Assembly (NCBI GenBank): GCA_963799775.1
Contig: CAWCYD010000003.1
Span: 160,001 to 224,000, forward strand
DNA: 64,000 nt
Direction: 5' to 3'
Source: an uncultured archaeon
GTDB taxonomy: Archaea > Thermoproteota > Nitrososphaeria > Nitrososphaerales > Gagatemarchaeaceae
Part shown: piece by piece, positions 51,596-62,438 of the stretch
Position numbering within the stretch: the stretch's first letter is position 1
Layout of the letters: every line of letters begins with the position of its first letter
The notes under the pieces: model-generated
Database searches by the model: none
What the model was told of the DNA's origin: nothing
The model's input: only the letters and a program-made list of their open reading frames with translations
Translations under genes and position numbers: made by a program

Positions 51596-52099
51596 GTGGT
51601 TGAGATGGACCTCTTCATCCTGAGGCACGCAGAGGCGGGGAAGAGCCTCCCGGCGAGGGCGAAGGACGCCGAACGCGCCCTTACAGCCGACGGAAAAGAG
51701 GAGCTCGAAGAGGTGGCGCGTTCGCTCGCGCGGATGAAGATCAAGCCCGACCACATAGTCTCCAGCCCCTTGAGGCGCTCGAGAGAGACCGCCGAGATAG
51801 TGGCAAAGGCCCTCAAGAAGAGAGGCAAGGTCGAGATCTGGGACGAGCTAAAGCCGGAGGGTAGCAAGGTGGATCTCTACAAGAGGCTGGCAAAGGTCAA
51901 ACCAGAGTCACGCGTCCTGATGGTCGGGCACGAGCCCTATCTGACGCAGGTCATCAACGACATGATGGGGCACCAAGGAGCGGCACGGATACTCCTGAGG
52001 AAGGGCGGCCTCGCACGATTATCAATAAAGTCCCTTGTACCGAAACCGGAGGGAGAGCTAAGATGGCTGTTGACTCCAAGGCTCCTGAAGCGGATGTAA
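51596..52099 (+). CDS. sixA: Phosphohistidine phosphatase SixA
   Basis: LRHAEA, SSPLRRSRETA, VGHEP. Confidence 0.9.
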   Translation: MVEMDLFILRHAEAGKSLPARAKDAERALTADGKEELEEVARSLARMKIKPDHIVSSPLRRSRETAEIVAKALKKRGKVEIWDELKPEGSKVDLYKRLAKVKPESRVLMVGHEPYLTQVINDMMGHQGAARILLRKGGLARLSIKSLVPKPEGELRWLLTPRLLKRM

Positions 52100-53663
52100 T
52101 AGGCTACGGGCCTGATGCCGCCGGGCATCCCGCCGGCTACGTCGCCTCGGTCCTCGACCTCGGATTCAACTCGGCGAAGCTGGCGACCTACCAAGTCAAC
52201 GGAAGGACGAGCTACAGACTGATCTCGCAAGAGGACGCGAAGGTGAAGCTGGGCGAGGAGCTCGACGAGACCGGGTTCCTCGGCGTCTCTCCAATCGAGC
52301 GGACCCTCAGGGTCTTGAAGATGTTCAGGGAGATGGTCGAGTTCGAGTCGCCGAGATACGTCCTCCCCGTCGCGACGAGCGCGGTGAGAGAGGCGGCGAA
52401 CAGGTCGGAGTTCTTGCACCTCTCGGAGGAGACCTCGAAGTTCAAGTTCCGGGTGCTCTCCGAGCAGGAGGAGGCGCTCCTCTCTTACTTCGGCGCCGTC
52501 CTTTCTCTGAAGATACCCACAGGCGTGTTCTTCGACCTGGGCGGAGGCACCCTCGCCATGGTCTACGCAGAGGAGTTCCGAGTGAGGAAGAGTCCATCTG
52601 CCTTCCCCTGGGGGCGCGGAGGCTCTCGTACCTCTACGGGAACCCAAAGAAGGGGGGGCTCATCGTGCGGAAGGACTACGAGAGGCTGAAGGAGCACATC
52701 CTCGAGCTGCTCCCAGGGAGGAGGGAGCTCCGCCTCAACAAGAGAGCCAAACTGGTCGGCGTGGGCGGGACAGTGAGAGCGCTCGCCCGCTATCACCTGG
52801 ACAGGTCGCGTTATCCGTTCGAGAAGCTCCACAACTATCGGATGGACTACGACGAGGTGGCTTGGATCACGTCCCAGTTCTTCAGGATGAAGAGGCAGGA
52901 GATGAAGTCCCTGCAGTCGATGGGGCAGGCAAGGGCCGAGACGATGGCGGCGGGCTCCTGCGTCATACGGCTCCTGATGAAGAACCTCGGGGTCAACGAG
53001 CTGGTCACGAGCACCCACGGCCTCAGGGAAGGGACGCTCGCCCTGTTCCTTCACGACCACAGGTGGTTCACCGCCAGGAGCTTCGAGCCTTCCACGATAG
53101 ACCGTCAGCTCACGCTCTCCGGAAGGACCTGGAAGTCTTCGTGGGAGCGCCATGTGAGCGAGCTCTTCTCCGCCGACATGATCAACGAGCTGGAATACTC
53201 GCTCCTTCTGGAAGCGTTCGAGATGGTCAGGATCGCCCCTCTTGCTGCGGACCTGAAGGAGCGCTTCCACGGGATAATGGGGGTCGACACGCCCCTCAGC
53301 CACGTCGACCAGCTGCGGGTCGCGATATCGATAATCTCAGCTGCGAGCGCGAGCTACGCGAACTCTCTGGTCGAGGCCTACAGTCCCCCGCTCAGGCGAA
53401 AGGACAAGGAGACGGCGAAGCGGCTCTCCGCGGCGTTCCTGCTCCTGGAGCTCTTGGAGAGGATGAAGGCACGGATGATCATACGGGGCTCCGCCACGTC
53501 CGAGAGGAGCCGACCGCTGAAGATGGAGTTTATAGTCCGCGGAGTTTACGCCGAAGAGCTCTTGGCCAAGGCGATCTCATCCATCAGAGACGAATTCAAG
53601 GTGGAGGTGGGCTACACCATCGAGAAGGTGAGGAAGGTCATGCCCCTGGAGTTGCAAAGATGA
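52063..53663 (+). CDS. ppx: Exopolyphosphatase Ppx/GppA family (frameshift near 52595; start uncertain)
   Basis: DLGFNS, ATSAVREAAN, EEA, DLGGGT, GVGGTVR, GLREG. Confidence 0.88.
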
Positions 53664-53690
53664 TCTCAAAGCCTGCCAACAAGACGAGGC

Positions 53691-54455
53691 GTGGCAACGG
53701 TGCTCGCACGAGAGCTCCGCCGACCAAAAGGCCATCAAGCCAGAGGTCCATCGCCGGTGGTCGACTCTAGGAACGGACGCCTGATCGCCGTCGAGGGAGT
53801 CGACGGCTCGGGCAAGTCCACCCAGCTCCACCTTCTGGAGCAGTGGTTGAGGCACCTGAGCCTCAAGGTCTTCAAGACAGAGTGGAACTCTTCCGAGACC
53901 GTGAAGGAGATCACGTCGAGAGGGAAGAAGAAAGGCCTCCTGACCCCGACGACCTTCAGCCTCCTCCACGCGACCGATTTCGCCGACAGATATGAGAGGA
54001 ACATCCTCCCGCTCCTCGAGGCGGGCTACTTCGTCCTCGCGGACAGATACATCTACACCGCGTTCGCGAGGGACATCGTCCGTGGCTGCCACCCGGCATG
54101 GGTGAGAAAGATCTACAGCTACGCACTGAAACCCGACCTGACGTTCTACTTCAGAGTCCCCGTCGATGTGGCGGTCTCGAGGATCCTGGCCGGCCGCCCG
54201 AAGCTAAAGTATTACGAGGCTGGTATGGACCTTAATCTGTCGAACGACCCCTATGAGAGCTACAGGATATTCCAGGGCAGGATCGTAGAGCAATACGAGT
54301 CGATGGTCGAGTCCGAGGGGCTCGTCGCGATAGACGCGAACAGGGGGATCGAGGAGCAACAGCTCGAGGTCCGCACGAAGGTCAGGAAGCTGATGGGGGG
54401 CCTGGTCCCAGGCGAGGCCGCAGAAGCGGTGGTGCGGAGCGTTGGCGATAACTAG
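53691..54455 (+). CDS. Thymidylate-kinase-like protein, putative catalytic polyphosphate kinase subunit
   Basis: EGVDGSGKST, LADRYIYT, YYEAGMD; polyP gene context. Confidence 0.8.
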   Translation: MATVLARELRRPKGHQARGPSPVVDSRNGRLIAVEGVDGSGKSTQLHLLEQWLRHLSLKVFKTEWNSSETVKEITSRGKKKGLLTPTTFSLLHATDFADRYERNILPLLEAGYFVLADRYIYTAFARDIVRGCHPAWVRKIYSYALKPDLTFYFRVPVDVAVSRILAGRPKLKYYEAGMDLNLSNDPYESYRIFQGRIVEQYESMVESEGLVAIDANRGIEEQQLEVRTKVRKLMGGLVPGEAAEAVVRSVGDN

Positions 54456-55245
54456 CTCCGGCCTGGAGGACGACGACCAGGAGGCCCTGGCCAGGGACTA
54501 CTCGGCGACCTCGATTGCCACGCGGGTCCCGCGAAGCAGCGAGGGCAAGAACAGGAAGCTCAAGTTCTACGGCCACGGGATGCCCTACCTGAAGCACCTC
54601 GAAGTGAAGGGCCACCTCATAGTGATAGAGGGGCCGGACGCCTCAGGGAGGAGCACCCACACGCAGCGGATCCAGGCGAAGCTGGAGGCGGACGGGCACG
54701 CCGTGCTCGGCACCGGGCTAAAGCGGTCAGAGCTGATCAGCGAAGGGATCATCGAAGCCAAGGGGAACCTCGGTGTGGGGAAGCGCACCCTCTCCCTATT
54801 CTACGCTGCGGACTTTGCTGACCAGCTGGAGAACAAGATCATCCCCGCCCTCGAGGCAGGATACGTCGTCCTCGCCGACCGATACATCTACACGCTCATC
54901 GCCAGGAACAATGTGAGAGGCATAGAGAGGAGGTGGTCTAGGAGCCTGTTCGGCTTCGCCATGGTCCCCGACATGATATTCTACCTCGACGTGAACCCAG
55001 ACGAGCTCGTCCACCGCGTCTTCCAGAAGAACTCGATCCTCGACTACTACGAGTCGGGCATGGACATCGGGTTCTCCGACGACATGTACAAGTCCTTCTT
55101 GATATACCAGGGGAAGATGGCGAGAGAGTTCGAGAGGATGAAATCACTCTTCGGTCTCCAGTTCATCGACGGGAACAGGCCCATCGAGCAGGTCGATGCC
55201 GATCTGCAGTCGCGGATCGACTCGTTTCTCAACGGCGCGAAATGA
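54442..55245 (+). CDS. Thymidylate-kinase-like paralogue with degenerate P-loop
   Basis: EGPDASGRST (Lys to Arg), LADRYIYT, YYESGMD. Confidence 0.8.
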   Translation: MAITSSGLEDDDQEALARDYSATSIATRVPRSSEGKNRKLKFYGHGMPYLKHLEVKGHLIVIEGPDASGRSTHTQRIQAKLEADGHAVLGTGLKRSELISEGIIEAKGNLGVGKRTLSLFYAADFADQLENKIIPALEAGYVVLADRYIYTLIARNNVRGIERRWSRSLFGFAMVPDMIFYLDVNPDELVHRVFQKNSILDYYESGMDIGFSDDMYKSFLIYQGKMAREFERMKSLFGLQFIDGNRPIEQVDADLQSRIDSFLNGAK

Positions 55246-56025
55246 AGCCCCGTCAGCTCGCTGACGCCTTCAACAAGAGCGTCGAGGTCCATGGAGACCC
55301 GGCTGCGTTACTTCCTCAACTCCGGAGACCCGGCGAACACCCAGTCTCTGCGGCGGGCGATCAGGCGCCTGAGGGACCTCGCACTCGGTCCTGCCGAAGA
55401 AGCTGAGGGAGAAGGAGTCCACAAAGGAGTACTTCAAGCGGCTAGACAAGCTCTCAAGGGTGACCGGAGAGGTCAGGGACATCGACACCATCGCAACCCG
55501 TGCCGCCGAGGTTACGAACGCTGGAGATTGGAGGTCTATGGCGACGGAGCTCGCCAAGATGAGGGCCTCGCGGCTGCGTGACGCCATGAACACCGCGAGG
55601 GAGCTCGAGAAGACAAAGGTTCACCGGGCCTGGAGCCGGAAGACCTCAGCCAGGCAAGGATCGACCGCAGGATGGAAAAGAGGAGGAGGCGCCTTGAGAA
55701 GAAGGTGGGCAAGGAGTTCGAGGAGTTCCTTACGACGCAGGAGATGGACGTGATGCACTCACTCCGGAAAGACTCGAAGCGCCTCAGGCACCTGATGGAG
55801 CTCTACGGGAAGAACGGAGGCGACCCCTTCCTGAAGCAGCTGCGTGCCATCCAGGACGAGCTGGGCGTGATTCGGGACCACGACCTCGTCATCGACTTTC
55901 TCAGGAGCAGGGTGAAGCTCGCAAGCACACGGGCGCTCGTGAGGGAGGAGATAGCCCGGAGGCACGCAGGATTGGAAGACTTCGTGACAAAGTACCGAGG
56001 CCAAGCACGAGTAGTCCCTGCCTAG
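55242..56025 (+). CDS. CHAD-domain polyphosphate-binding protein (frameshifts)
   Basis: LRRAIRRL, GEVRDID, HSLRKDSKRLRH, IQDELGVIRDHD. Confidence 0.8.
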
Positions 56026-56149
56026 TGGTCGGATTCCGCTCTGGCGGTTGCATCAGGTTCGCAAGGTGGCTGGGTTTTGATTGGTGAGCGTCGACACAAG
56101 CTGAATAGATTTTTAAAGTCACATGGCTCGACGATCTCTAGCCCGAGGC

Positions 56150-56239
56150 AGCCCGGTGGAGGATAATACCGCCGACTGTAGTGGTCAAGCATACTGGCCT
56201 TTGGAGCCGGTGACCCAGGTTCGAACCCTGGCCGGGCTA
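56150..56239 (+). tRNA. tRNA-Gln(TTG) with 17-nt intron at 10/11 (56160-56176)
   Basis: Acceptor AGCCCGG/CCGGGCT, anticodon arm CTGGC-CTTTGGA-GCCGG, T arm CCAGG-TTCGAAC-CCTGG; BHB-type intron; TTTTAAA box upstream. Confidence 0.93.
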
Positions 56240-56328
56240 CTCAAATTGAAGCGCGTTTCAGCCGCATTTGGTTGCTGGCGGATGTCTAGTGAGACTTATC
56301 AGGACGGACCTCCCAGTGCGAACTCGGA

Positions 56329-56514
56329 ATGTCTGGCGATAGCGAGAAGCCCGAACGGGTCTTGCCGGCCGCCACATTTGAGTGCGTGCGCTGCGGGACT
56401 CGCGTGACGGCCGAAGAATTGTCAAGACTTCCGGAAGCCACCTGCGCCAATTGCGGATACAAGGTCTTCAGGAAAGTCCGCGGACCAGCTTTCAAGAACA
56501 TCAAGGCAGACTAG
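56329..56514 (+). CDS. rpo12: RNA polymerase subunit Rpo12 (RpoP)
   Basis: FECVRCG...CANCGYKVFRKVR...IKAD. Confidence 0.88.
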   Translation: MSGDSEKPERVLPAATFECVRCGTRVTAEELSRLPEATCANCGYKVFRKVRGPAFKNIKAD

Positions 56515-56752
56515 ACCTCTGGGGGTTCTCGCGACCGGCTGAGGGTTCCGGGACGCCCGCCCTTCTCTGTCTCCATCCACCGAGAGAAACACTCACGAAG
56601 ACATAAATCAAAGAATCCATCCGAAGGAAGAACATATCGCCTAAAATCTCCCCGCAGACAAGCACATCATCGGTCAACTGCTTGGCCGTGCGAGAATTAG
56701 GGTCATCGGCTCCCGTGCGCCTCCGCGCAGCAATACTCGACGAGATGAGGGC

Positions 56753-57874
56753 ATGACTTCCGAGATTAGCAGCAACCACGGCAGATTCCGGTGGGGGCTG
56801 AACATCGACGACCTCTGGAAGTACACAGGCCTAGGAATCCCCAATTCGGTCGTAGTCCCATACCTGCTGTCAGTCCCAGTCCACCAGGACGGGTTTCGAC
56901 TGCCTAGGGAAGACGCGGGCCAGACTGCCGCCCCATCCTCGCCAACATCGAGGCGAGCTCAGACGGTCGACGGAAGGAGCCCGGAGGCCCTGGCGTCTTT
57001 CCTCAGGGAGAGAGGCGTTGACTTCGTGCGCTGCTGGTTCCAGTGGAACTTCTTCCAGGACAGCGTCGACGAAAGAGAATCGACCTCTGGAAGCAAGGAC
57101 GCTGGGTTCGTGTTTCCTTTGGATGACTTTGTCTCGAAGATGAACGGAGCCGGGATCCGCATAATTGGGGCGATTGGAAGCGGATATCAGCGCTTTCTGC
57201 CTGCCGGATTGGGGACCGACCGCCTCAACGACTATCTGGTGAGGTTGCGCGATTCATCGACGCAGATTGTGCGCCATTACAAGTACTCGGTCAAGGTCTG
57301 GCAAATCGAGAACGAGCCGAACTGGTGGTGGGCTCATTACACGAGCCAATGGCGGAAAGGGTTGGTCTGGCTACGGGCGAGGAACCAGGAAGCAATCTTG
57401 CGGACTCTTCATGACGTCGTGCGCTCCGAGTCTCCTGACGCGGCGATAATAGTCAACCTGAAAGTCGATGACAAGCGCGCCAACTGGGGACTCTATTCCA
57501 AGTATTGCGACATCCTCGGACTCGATTGGTATCCGAACTACCTTCGGAGCACGCCGGACACAGGGGCGGATCTGCGAAGGACCGCGTCCAGAATCAAGAA
57601 AGAGACGGGTCTCCCAATCATCGTGGTAGAGACCGGTTATCCCTCGAGCCCGAAGGTCTTCGGATTCAACGAAATGAATCAGTCACAATACGTGAGGGCC
57701 GCCTGCGAGGCGGCATACAGCTGCGACGCAATCAGCGGCCTCGGCTGGTTCAGGTTCTCCGACAGCCACTGGAGGTCGTTCCCGCCCCAGGAGAATCATT
57801 TCGGGCTGTTGAATCGAGAGGGGACACCGAAGGCGGGGTGGGGAGAATTCGTATCCCAGATCGTCCGGAAGTAG
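56753..57874 (+). CDS. Clan GH-A glycoside hydrolase
   Basis: WQIENEP (acid/base), IVVETGYPS (nucleophile), HFGLL...PK. Confidence 0.8.
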   Translation: MTSEISSNHGRFRWGLNIDDLWKYTGLGIPNSVVVPYLLSVPVHQDGFRLPREDAGQTAAPSSPTSRRAQTVDGRSPEALASFLRERGVDFVRCWFQWNFFQDSVDERESTSGSKDAGFVFPLDDFVSKMNGAGIRIIGAIGSGYQRFLPAGLGTDRLNDYLVRLRDSSTQIVRHYKYSVKVWQIENEPNWWWAHYTSQWRKGLVWLRARNQEAILRTLHDVVRSESPDAAIIVNLKVDDKRANWGLYSKYCDILGLDWYPNYLRSTPDTGADLRRTASRIKKETGLPIIVVETGYPSSPKVFGFNEMNQSQYVRAACEAAYSCDAISGLGWFRFSDSHWRSFPPQENHFGLLNREGTPKAGWGEFVSQIVRK

Positions 57875-57993
57875 ATGGCGCAAAGACGCCACAGACCTCG
57901 TCCATCGGTTATCCCGAGCGTCTGGACAGGAAGGAACACTCCTCTACCAAGGATAAATTACGCCTTGAGTCCGGTGGGCTGCCGGGAACCTCT

Positions 57994-58812
57994 ATGCTCT
58001 CAAACGGGATAAAGAGGCGTCGCGTCGCCTACTTGTTTGCCGCGGGCCTGCTCCTCTCGATCGCGGCTTACATCGCGTTCTACCTCCTCTCAATGATCCC
58101 GAGCCCTCCCGTACCCGCCTCAATTGCAACCCCAGGGTACTCTCGTATGATGGCCGCCTACTGGTCGTGGTATCATGACTATTGGGCATTTGTCGAGGCG
58201 TGCGGCTTTTGTTTCGCTGCCGCGTTGCTCCTCGCCCTTGGGGTCGTGGCCTCGCTTGCCCCTCGGAAGGTCCAGGTGGCGTCCTTTCTGATGTTGAACT
58301 TCTTCTTCGCGTGGACCTCACATGTGTTCTCAGACATCTCAGGCCCAGTCGCGAAAGCCCTGACTACGATGATAACAATACAGGACAGGTTCATCTGGAG
58401 TAACCTGAACCTCAATTGGGTCACGGGGTACACGCAGGTGGTCGCCGACATGGAAGCGTTCGTCTTCTTTGTCCTGCTTCTCAGCCTTACGTTCGCGCTC
58501 AACCTGAAGGACGGGAGGAGGAAAGCTCTGCTTCTGGCCGCCCAGATCGGAGCGCTTTCCCTTGTGATTCTGGGAGCGGAGATAGCCGTCCTGGACTACC
58601 AGGAGTTCTACCTGCACGCGACAGACATCCAGCTCCAGTTCCATATCGCCCCCTGGTTCAGCAACGCGGACCTCTTCTTCTCCGGTCTCGTTGCGCTGGT
58701 CGCCAGCACCGCCATGTTGCGTTCGAGCCGACCGGGCCGATCCGTCACCGAGCTCAGCAGACTAAGGAAGTTAGGCGCAAAGGGCAAGACCGACGTCCAG
58801 GAAAACGGGTAA
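57994..58812 (+). CDS. Multi-pass membrane protein
   Basis: About six hydrophobic helices. Confidence 0.65.
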   Translation: MLSNGIKRRRVAYLFAAGLLLSIAAYIAFYLLSMIPSPPVPASIATPGYSRMMAAYWSWYHDYWAFVEACGFCFAAALLLALGVVASLAPRKVQVASFLMLNFFFAWTSHVFSDISGPVAKALTTMITIQDRFIWSNLNLNWVTGYTQVVADMEAFVFFVLLLSLTFALNLKDGRRKALLLAAQIGALSLVILGAEIAVLDYQEFYLHATDIQLQFHIAPWFSNADLFFSGLVALVASTAMLRSSRPGRSVTELSRLRKLGAKGKTDVQENG

Positions 58813-58846
58813 TACGCCCTCCTGAAGTCGCTCAGAATCAACGACG

Positions 58847-59647
58847 CTAGGCTTGCGCTGCCGGCGGGCCGCTGAAGTTCATGCTAGCACTCCTCAGAGT
58901 CCCGCGCGTCAGCATTAGCGCGAGCACCACGCTAGCCAAGCCGATGGCGAAGATCAGACCTTCGAAAAGGGCCAACCCTAGACCGCCGGCGAACGGGACG
59001 ATAAAGTCGACCAGTCCCATAGGGAGAGCGGCAAGCACCAGAGTCTTCTTCCGGAAGACCGCCGCAAGAACGCAGAGATAGCCCCAAGAGAAATGAAGCA
59101 GGAGCGAGGAAACCCGCTCGAGGAGCCTCGAAGCCGACGTATTGGAGGGCGCCGGCTGGAGGGTCGAAGAGGTATGGGGCGGCCTTTGAGATGGCCGAGT
59201 ACAACTGCTGGGCAGTGGCTCCCGTCCCGGAGAGCGTCAAGTAATACGCCACGTAGTCGATCAGCGTGACAGCCCCTATGAAGACGCCATTCTCCCAGAG
59301 CGCCAGACTGACACCAAAGCCTTCGGCATCGTTCGCCCTGATGAAGCCGCGCGGGACCGCATATCTTGCGACAAGATACGCCCCTCCCACCTCGAGGAAG
59401 ACGGTCTGCAGCCCGAAATACGGGCCTAACACCCAAGGATTGCCCGCGACCGCGGAATTGAGAGGCGCATAGGTAAGGGCCTGGAACAGGACGCTTCGCC
59501 CCAATAGCCCCGAAATACGCCAAAGCCGAGAAGATGACCACCATCACCCCGAGCCTTCTTCGGCGATGCCAGTAGTAGGCCAGACCGAAGCTGAACGCGA
59601 CTACCGCTATCGGGCCGATGAAGAAGATGGGGTCTATGTTCGGCAGC
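58847..59647 (-). CDS. YhfC/PrsW-like intramembrane protease (frameshifts; start approximate)
   Basis: FLEVG, FGVSLALWENG, ERVSSLLLHFSWG, MGLVDF when three frames are joined. Confidence 0.65.
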
Positions 59648-59788
59648 TGTCACAACCACCTCTTGTGTGGCGACAGCACCCCGTCCGCTATCGCCTTTTG
59701 AATGCTAGGGCTGGCCCTGGGTCGAGCCCCCGGCGGGGCAGGAAACGGTTATTGCGGCTTCGGACGCCTCGAGGCTGACGAGGCACCT

Positions 59789-60100
59789 TTGGTCCACGAG
59801 CACAGGGAGAGGATCTACATCCGAAAGGACATCATCCTCAAGCTCGCGGAGCACGGGGAGCTGAACCAGAGCCAGCTCATGAGCTACTGCGGCCTCAACA
59901 ACGTGAAACACAAACCGATCGTCGATGAGATGGTCGAGAGGGGACTCATCCTCAGGACCGAGCAGCCTTGGGGGTCGAAGAAGGTCATCAAGTACAAGGT
60001 CTCAGACATCGGCCAGAAGCTGGCCAGGGAGATCTTTGAGCCCTACGAGCTGCTTTTCCCTCGAAGCGAGACAGGAAAGAAGGAGGAAGGGAGCAAATGA
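59789..60100 (+). CDS. Winged-helix transcriptional regulator
   Basis: HRERIYIRKDII, QSQLMSYCGLN, KYKVSDIG. Confidence 0.8.
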   Translation: MVHEHRERIYIRKDIILKLAEHGELNQSQLMSYCGLNNVKHKPIVDEMVERGLILRTEQPWGSKKVIKYKVSDIGQKLAREIFEPYELLFPRSETGKKEEGSK

Positions 60101-60170
60101 CCCGAGGCTCGGAGAAAGGTAACTCAGTGCCTTCACCCTTTTTAGAAGAGAGGGAGGTCGATCCCTACAG

Positions 60171-60518
60171 TTGACAAGTTCGGAGGGGAATGGAGGGGAA
60201 GAGATGCCGCAGGAGAACATCCTCCGTATCACTGACGAGCTCGTCAAGGAGATCGACAGGAGCAAGAAACTGGTGATAGTCATGGTGGTCGCGCTGGTCG
60301 TCGGCGTCCCCGTCTCTTGGCACGCAGCTCCCCTCCTGAGCGGGTCCCCTGACAGCTTCAGGGTTGTAGGCTACTCCACGATCCTGATTGCCCTCTTCTT
60401 TCTCGCAGTTGGGATAAGACAATGGATGATTCTCTCAAAATGGACGGCCAGGTATGGAGCCTACAAGGCATCGCAGGCAAAGATCGACGCCCAACTAGAC
60501 TTTGAGAGCGAGAAGTAG
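60171..60518 (+). CDS. Two-TM membrane protein
   Basis: Two hydrophobic helices, C-terminal LSKWTARY. Confidence 0.65.
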   Translation: MTSSEGNGGEEMPQENILRITDELVKEIDRSKKLVIVMVVALVVGVPVSWHAAPLLSGSPDSFRVVGYSTILIALFFLAVGIRQWMILSKWTARYGAYKASQAKIDAQLDFESEK

Positions 60519-60611
60519 GCCTGACGGGTCGCCCGATCGTCCCTTCGGGTAACTGAGTTACGTAATACAGGTTACCGGGGCTTATATCGAGAATTCAGCC
60601 CTTGCCGTTTC

Positions 60612-61061
60612 ATGAATCTGCAAAGAAGAGGGGTAGGAAAGTCCGTCATAGCCGGGATCGTGATCGTGGTGATAGCATTCGCAGGAGTCGCGGTCTACAT
60701 GGTGGTGTCGAACACCGCTGCACCAAACTCCAGCGTCTGCAGCGCGGCCAGCGGGAGCTCGAGCGGGCCGGTGCAGGTCTCGATCTACACCGGCTCTGGC
60801 AACTCGGCGAACCCCCCAGGCTACAAGCCCGACACCCTCACGCTGGTGATAGGTGTCAACAACACCGTAACGTGGACCAACAACGACTCCGTCCACCACA
60901 CAGTCACCTCGACTAGCGCTCCGGCAGGGGGCTCCTTCAACTCCGGGAACATGAACGCTGGGGCCACCTGCACCCACACTTTCAGCGTGGCGGGAACGTA
61001 TCAGTATGACTGCGTCTATCACAGCTGGATGACCGGGACCATCACGGTAAAGGCGAGCTAG
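60612..61061 (+). CDS. Membrane-anchored cupredoxin (plastocyanin/azurin family)
   Basis: VTWTNNDSVHHTVT...YDCVYHSWMTG type-1 Cu ligands. Confidence 0.9.
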   Translation: MNLQRRGVGKSVIAGIVIVVIAFAGVAVYMVVSNTAAPNSSVCSAASGSSSGPVQVSIYTGSGNSANPPGYKPDTLTLVIGVNNTVTWTNNDSVHHTVTSTSAPAGGSFNSGNMNAGATCTHTFSVAGTYQYDCVYHSWMTGTITVKAS

Positions 61062-61072
61062 GAGGACTGGTC

Positions 61073-61444
61073 ATGGCATCAAGCGCCAAGGTCAGGGGGC
61101 TCGCGGCGAACCTCGCCGCAGCCGCCACTGTGGCCCTCTCGGTCCTCTACCTGCTGGGATTCTATGCCGGGATAACCTTCCGCGGAGCAGCGCTTCTAGC
61201 GATCTTCGTCTCGATAGCCGCTTTTCTTCTAAGCCTGAGAATCAGGTCGGTCTCTGTGGCGGCCATGTTGATGTTGGCGGGACTACTCATCCAGATCCCG
61301 CCTATCCAGGCCATCGCCGAGGCGGGGACGATCGCCTATCCCGGACCGATATTGGGTGTGATCTTCTTCATTCCGATACTAATCCTTGGACTCGTCAAGG
61401 CGGCCACCAGCCTCAGGGCCTCCAAGACAGAGGCCCGGGACTGA
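61073..61444 (+). CDS. Four-TM membrane protein
   Basis: Hydrophobic; GGAGG RBS upstream. Confidence 0.65.
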   Translation: MASSAKVRGLAANLAAAATVALSVLYLLGFYAGITFRGAALLAIFVSIAAFLLSLRIRSVSVAAMLMLAGLLIQIPPIQAIAEAGTIAYPGPILGVIFFIPILILGLVKAATSLRASKTEARD

Positions 61445-61459
61445 AGATACTCCGATGGG

Positions 61460-61478
61460 TGTTACCCCATGAGTAACA
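61460..61478. promoter_or_regulatory. Candidate operator TGTTAC-N7-GTAACA
   Basis: Same palindrome recurs at 63266-63284. Confidence 0.5.
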
Positions 61479-61695
61479 TCACGAATATCCGGCGTGACTC
61501 GGTGGTTCACACCGTGGCAGCGAGGCGACAGTCACGTCATCTGGCAAGAAGCGACGCGCGAAGTGGGAGCATCACTGCCTCGCAAGCGCTTCTCGCAGGA
61601 TTGCCGGACCTTCTTGCCTTCTCGCCCACCTCATCACTGGCGATAATCTTCTCGCTCATGGCCATGTCGAGCGTGCGCGCAAAGACGGGCGACCG

Positions 61696-62433
61696 ATGAT
61701 GTCCGGGTCAAGCCAAGCTACCCGAGCTGCGACGGTCATCCTTGCTGCTCTCTTCCTTCTCTCGTGCGCCCTTAACTTCGGCCTCAAGATACCACCCTTG
61801 GGCTTCTCCTCACCTTCGTCGTCGATAGCGGAGTTCGAGATCCTCATCGGCGCCGTCCTTCTTGCCGCGGCGCTGGTCTCGCGGCCCTATGTCTATGCGG
61901 GCGCGTTCTTGCTCGCGTCTGTCGGCATCCTAGAAGGGCTGCTCTCCGCAGACATCCAGGGGCAAGCGCGGGAACTCCACGAGGTAATGATTCCTTTCTT
62001 GGCGGCAGGCTGGGTCTTGGTCGCGCTAGAGGCGCGCGCTTCCTATCGGTCTAGGAAGACGAGCCCGCCAGGAGAATCGCGCCACGGGCTCATAACCGCG
62101 TTGCAATTCTTCGTCGGCGTCTTGGTCACCCTGGGCGGGGCAGCCTTCGCCATGAGCGGGACCTTCCCGGTGGGAACGGCGCTGGGGTCGGTGCACTTTG
62201 TGGTGGGCATCGGGGGCCTCGTCGGAGGCTACGCCGTCTATCGGAGAAAGCCGTGGGCAAGGGCCTTCCTCATAGCGATCAACATCGTGACCATCGCGTA
62301 CAGCGCCTTCGCGGAAACCTTGGCCGAGGTGTACGCGTACCTGCCGCGAGGGATCAACGACGCGCTGATAGGGACCGTCGTCGCGATAGTCGTGAGTGCT
62401 GCGATAATCTATCTGCTCAGAGACGAGAGGTAG
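61696..62433 (+). CDS. Multi-pass membrane protein
   Basis: About eight hydrophobic helices. Confidence 0.65.
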   Translation: MMSGSSQATRAATVILAALFLLSCALNFGLKIPPLGFSSPSSSIAEFEILIGAVLLAAALVSRPYVYAGAFLLASVGILEGLLSADIQGQARELHEVMIPFLAAGWVLVALEARASYRSRKTSPPGESRHGLITALQFFVGVLVTLGGAAFAMSGTFPVGTALGSVHFVVGIGGLVGGYAVYRRKPWARAFLIAINIVTIAYSAFAETLAEVYAYLPRGINDALIGTVVAIVVSAAIIYLLRDER

Positions 62434-62438
62434 TCTCT

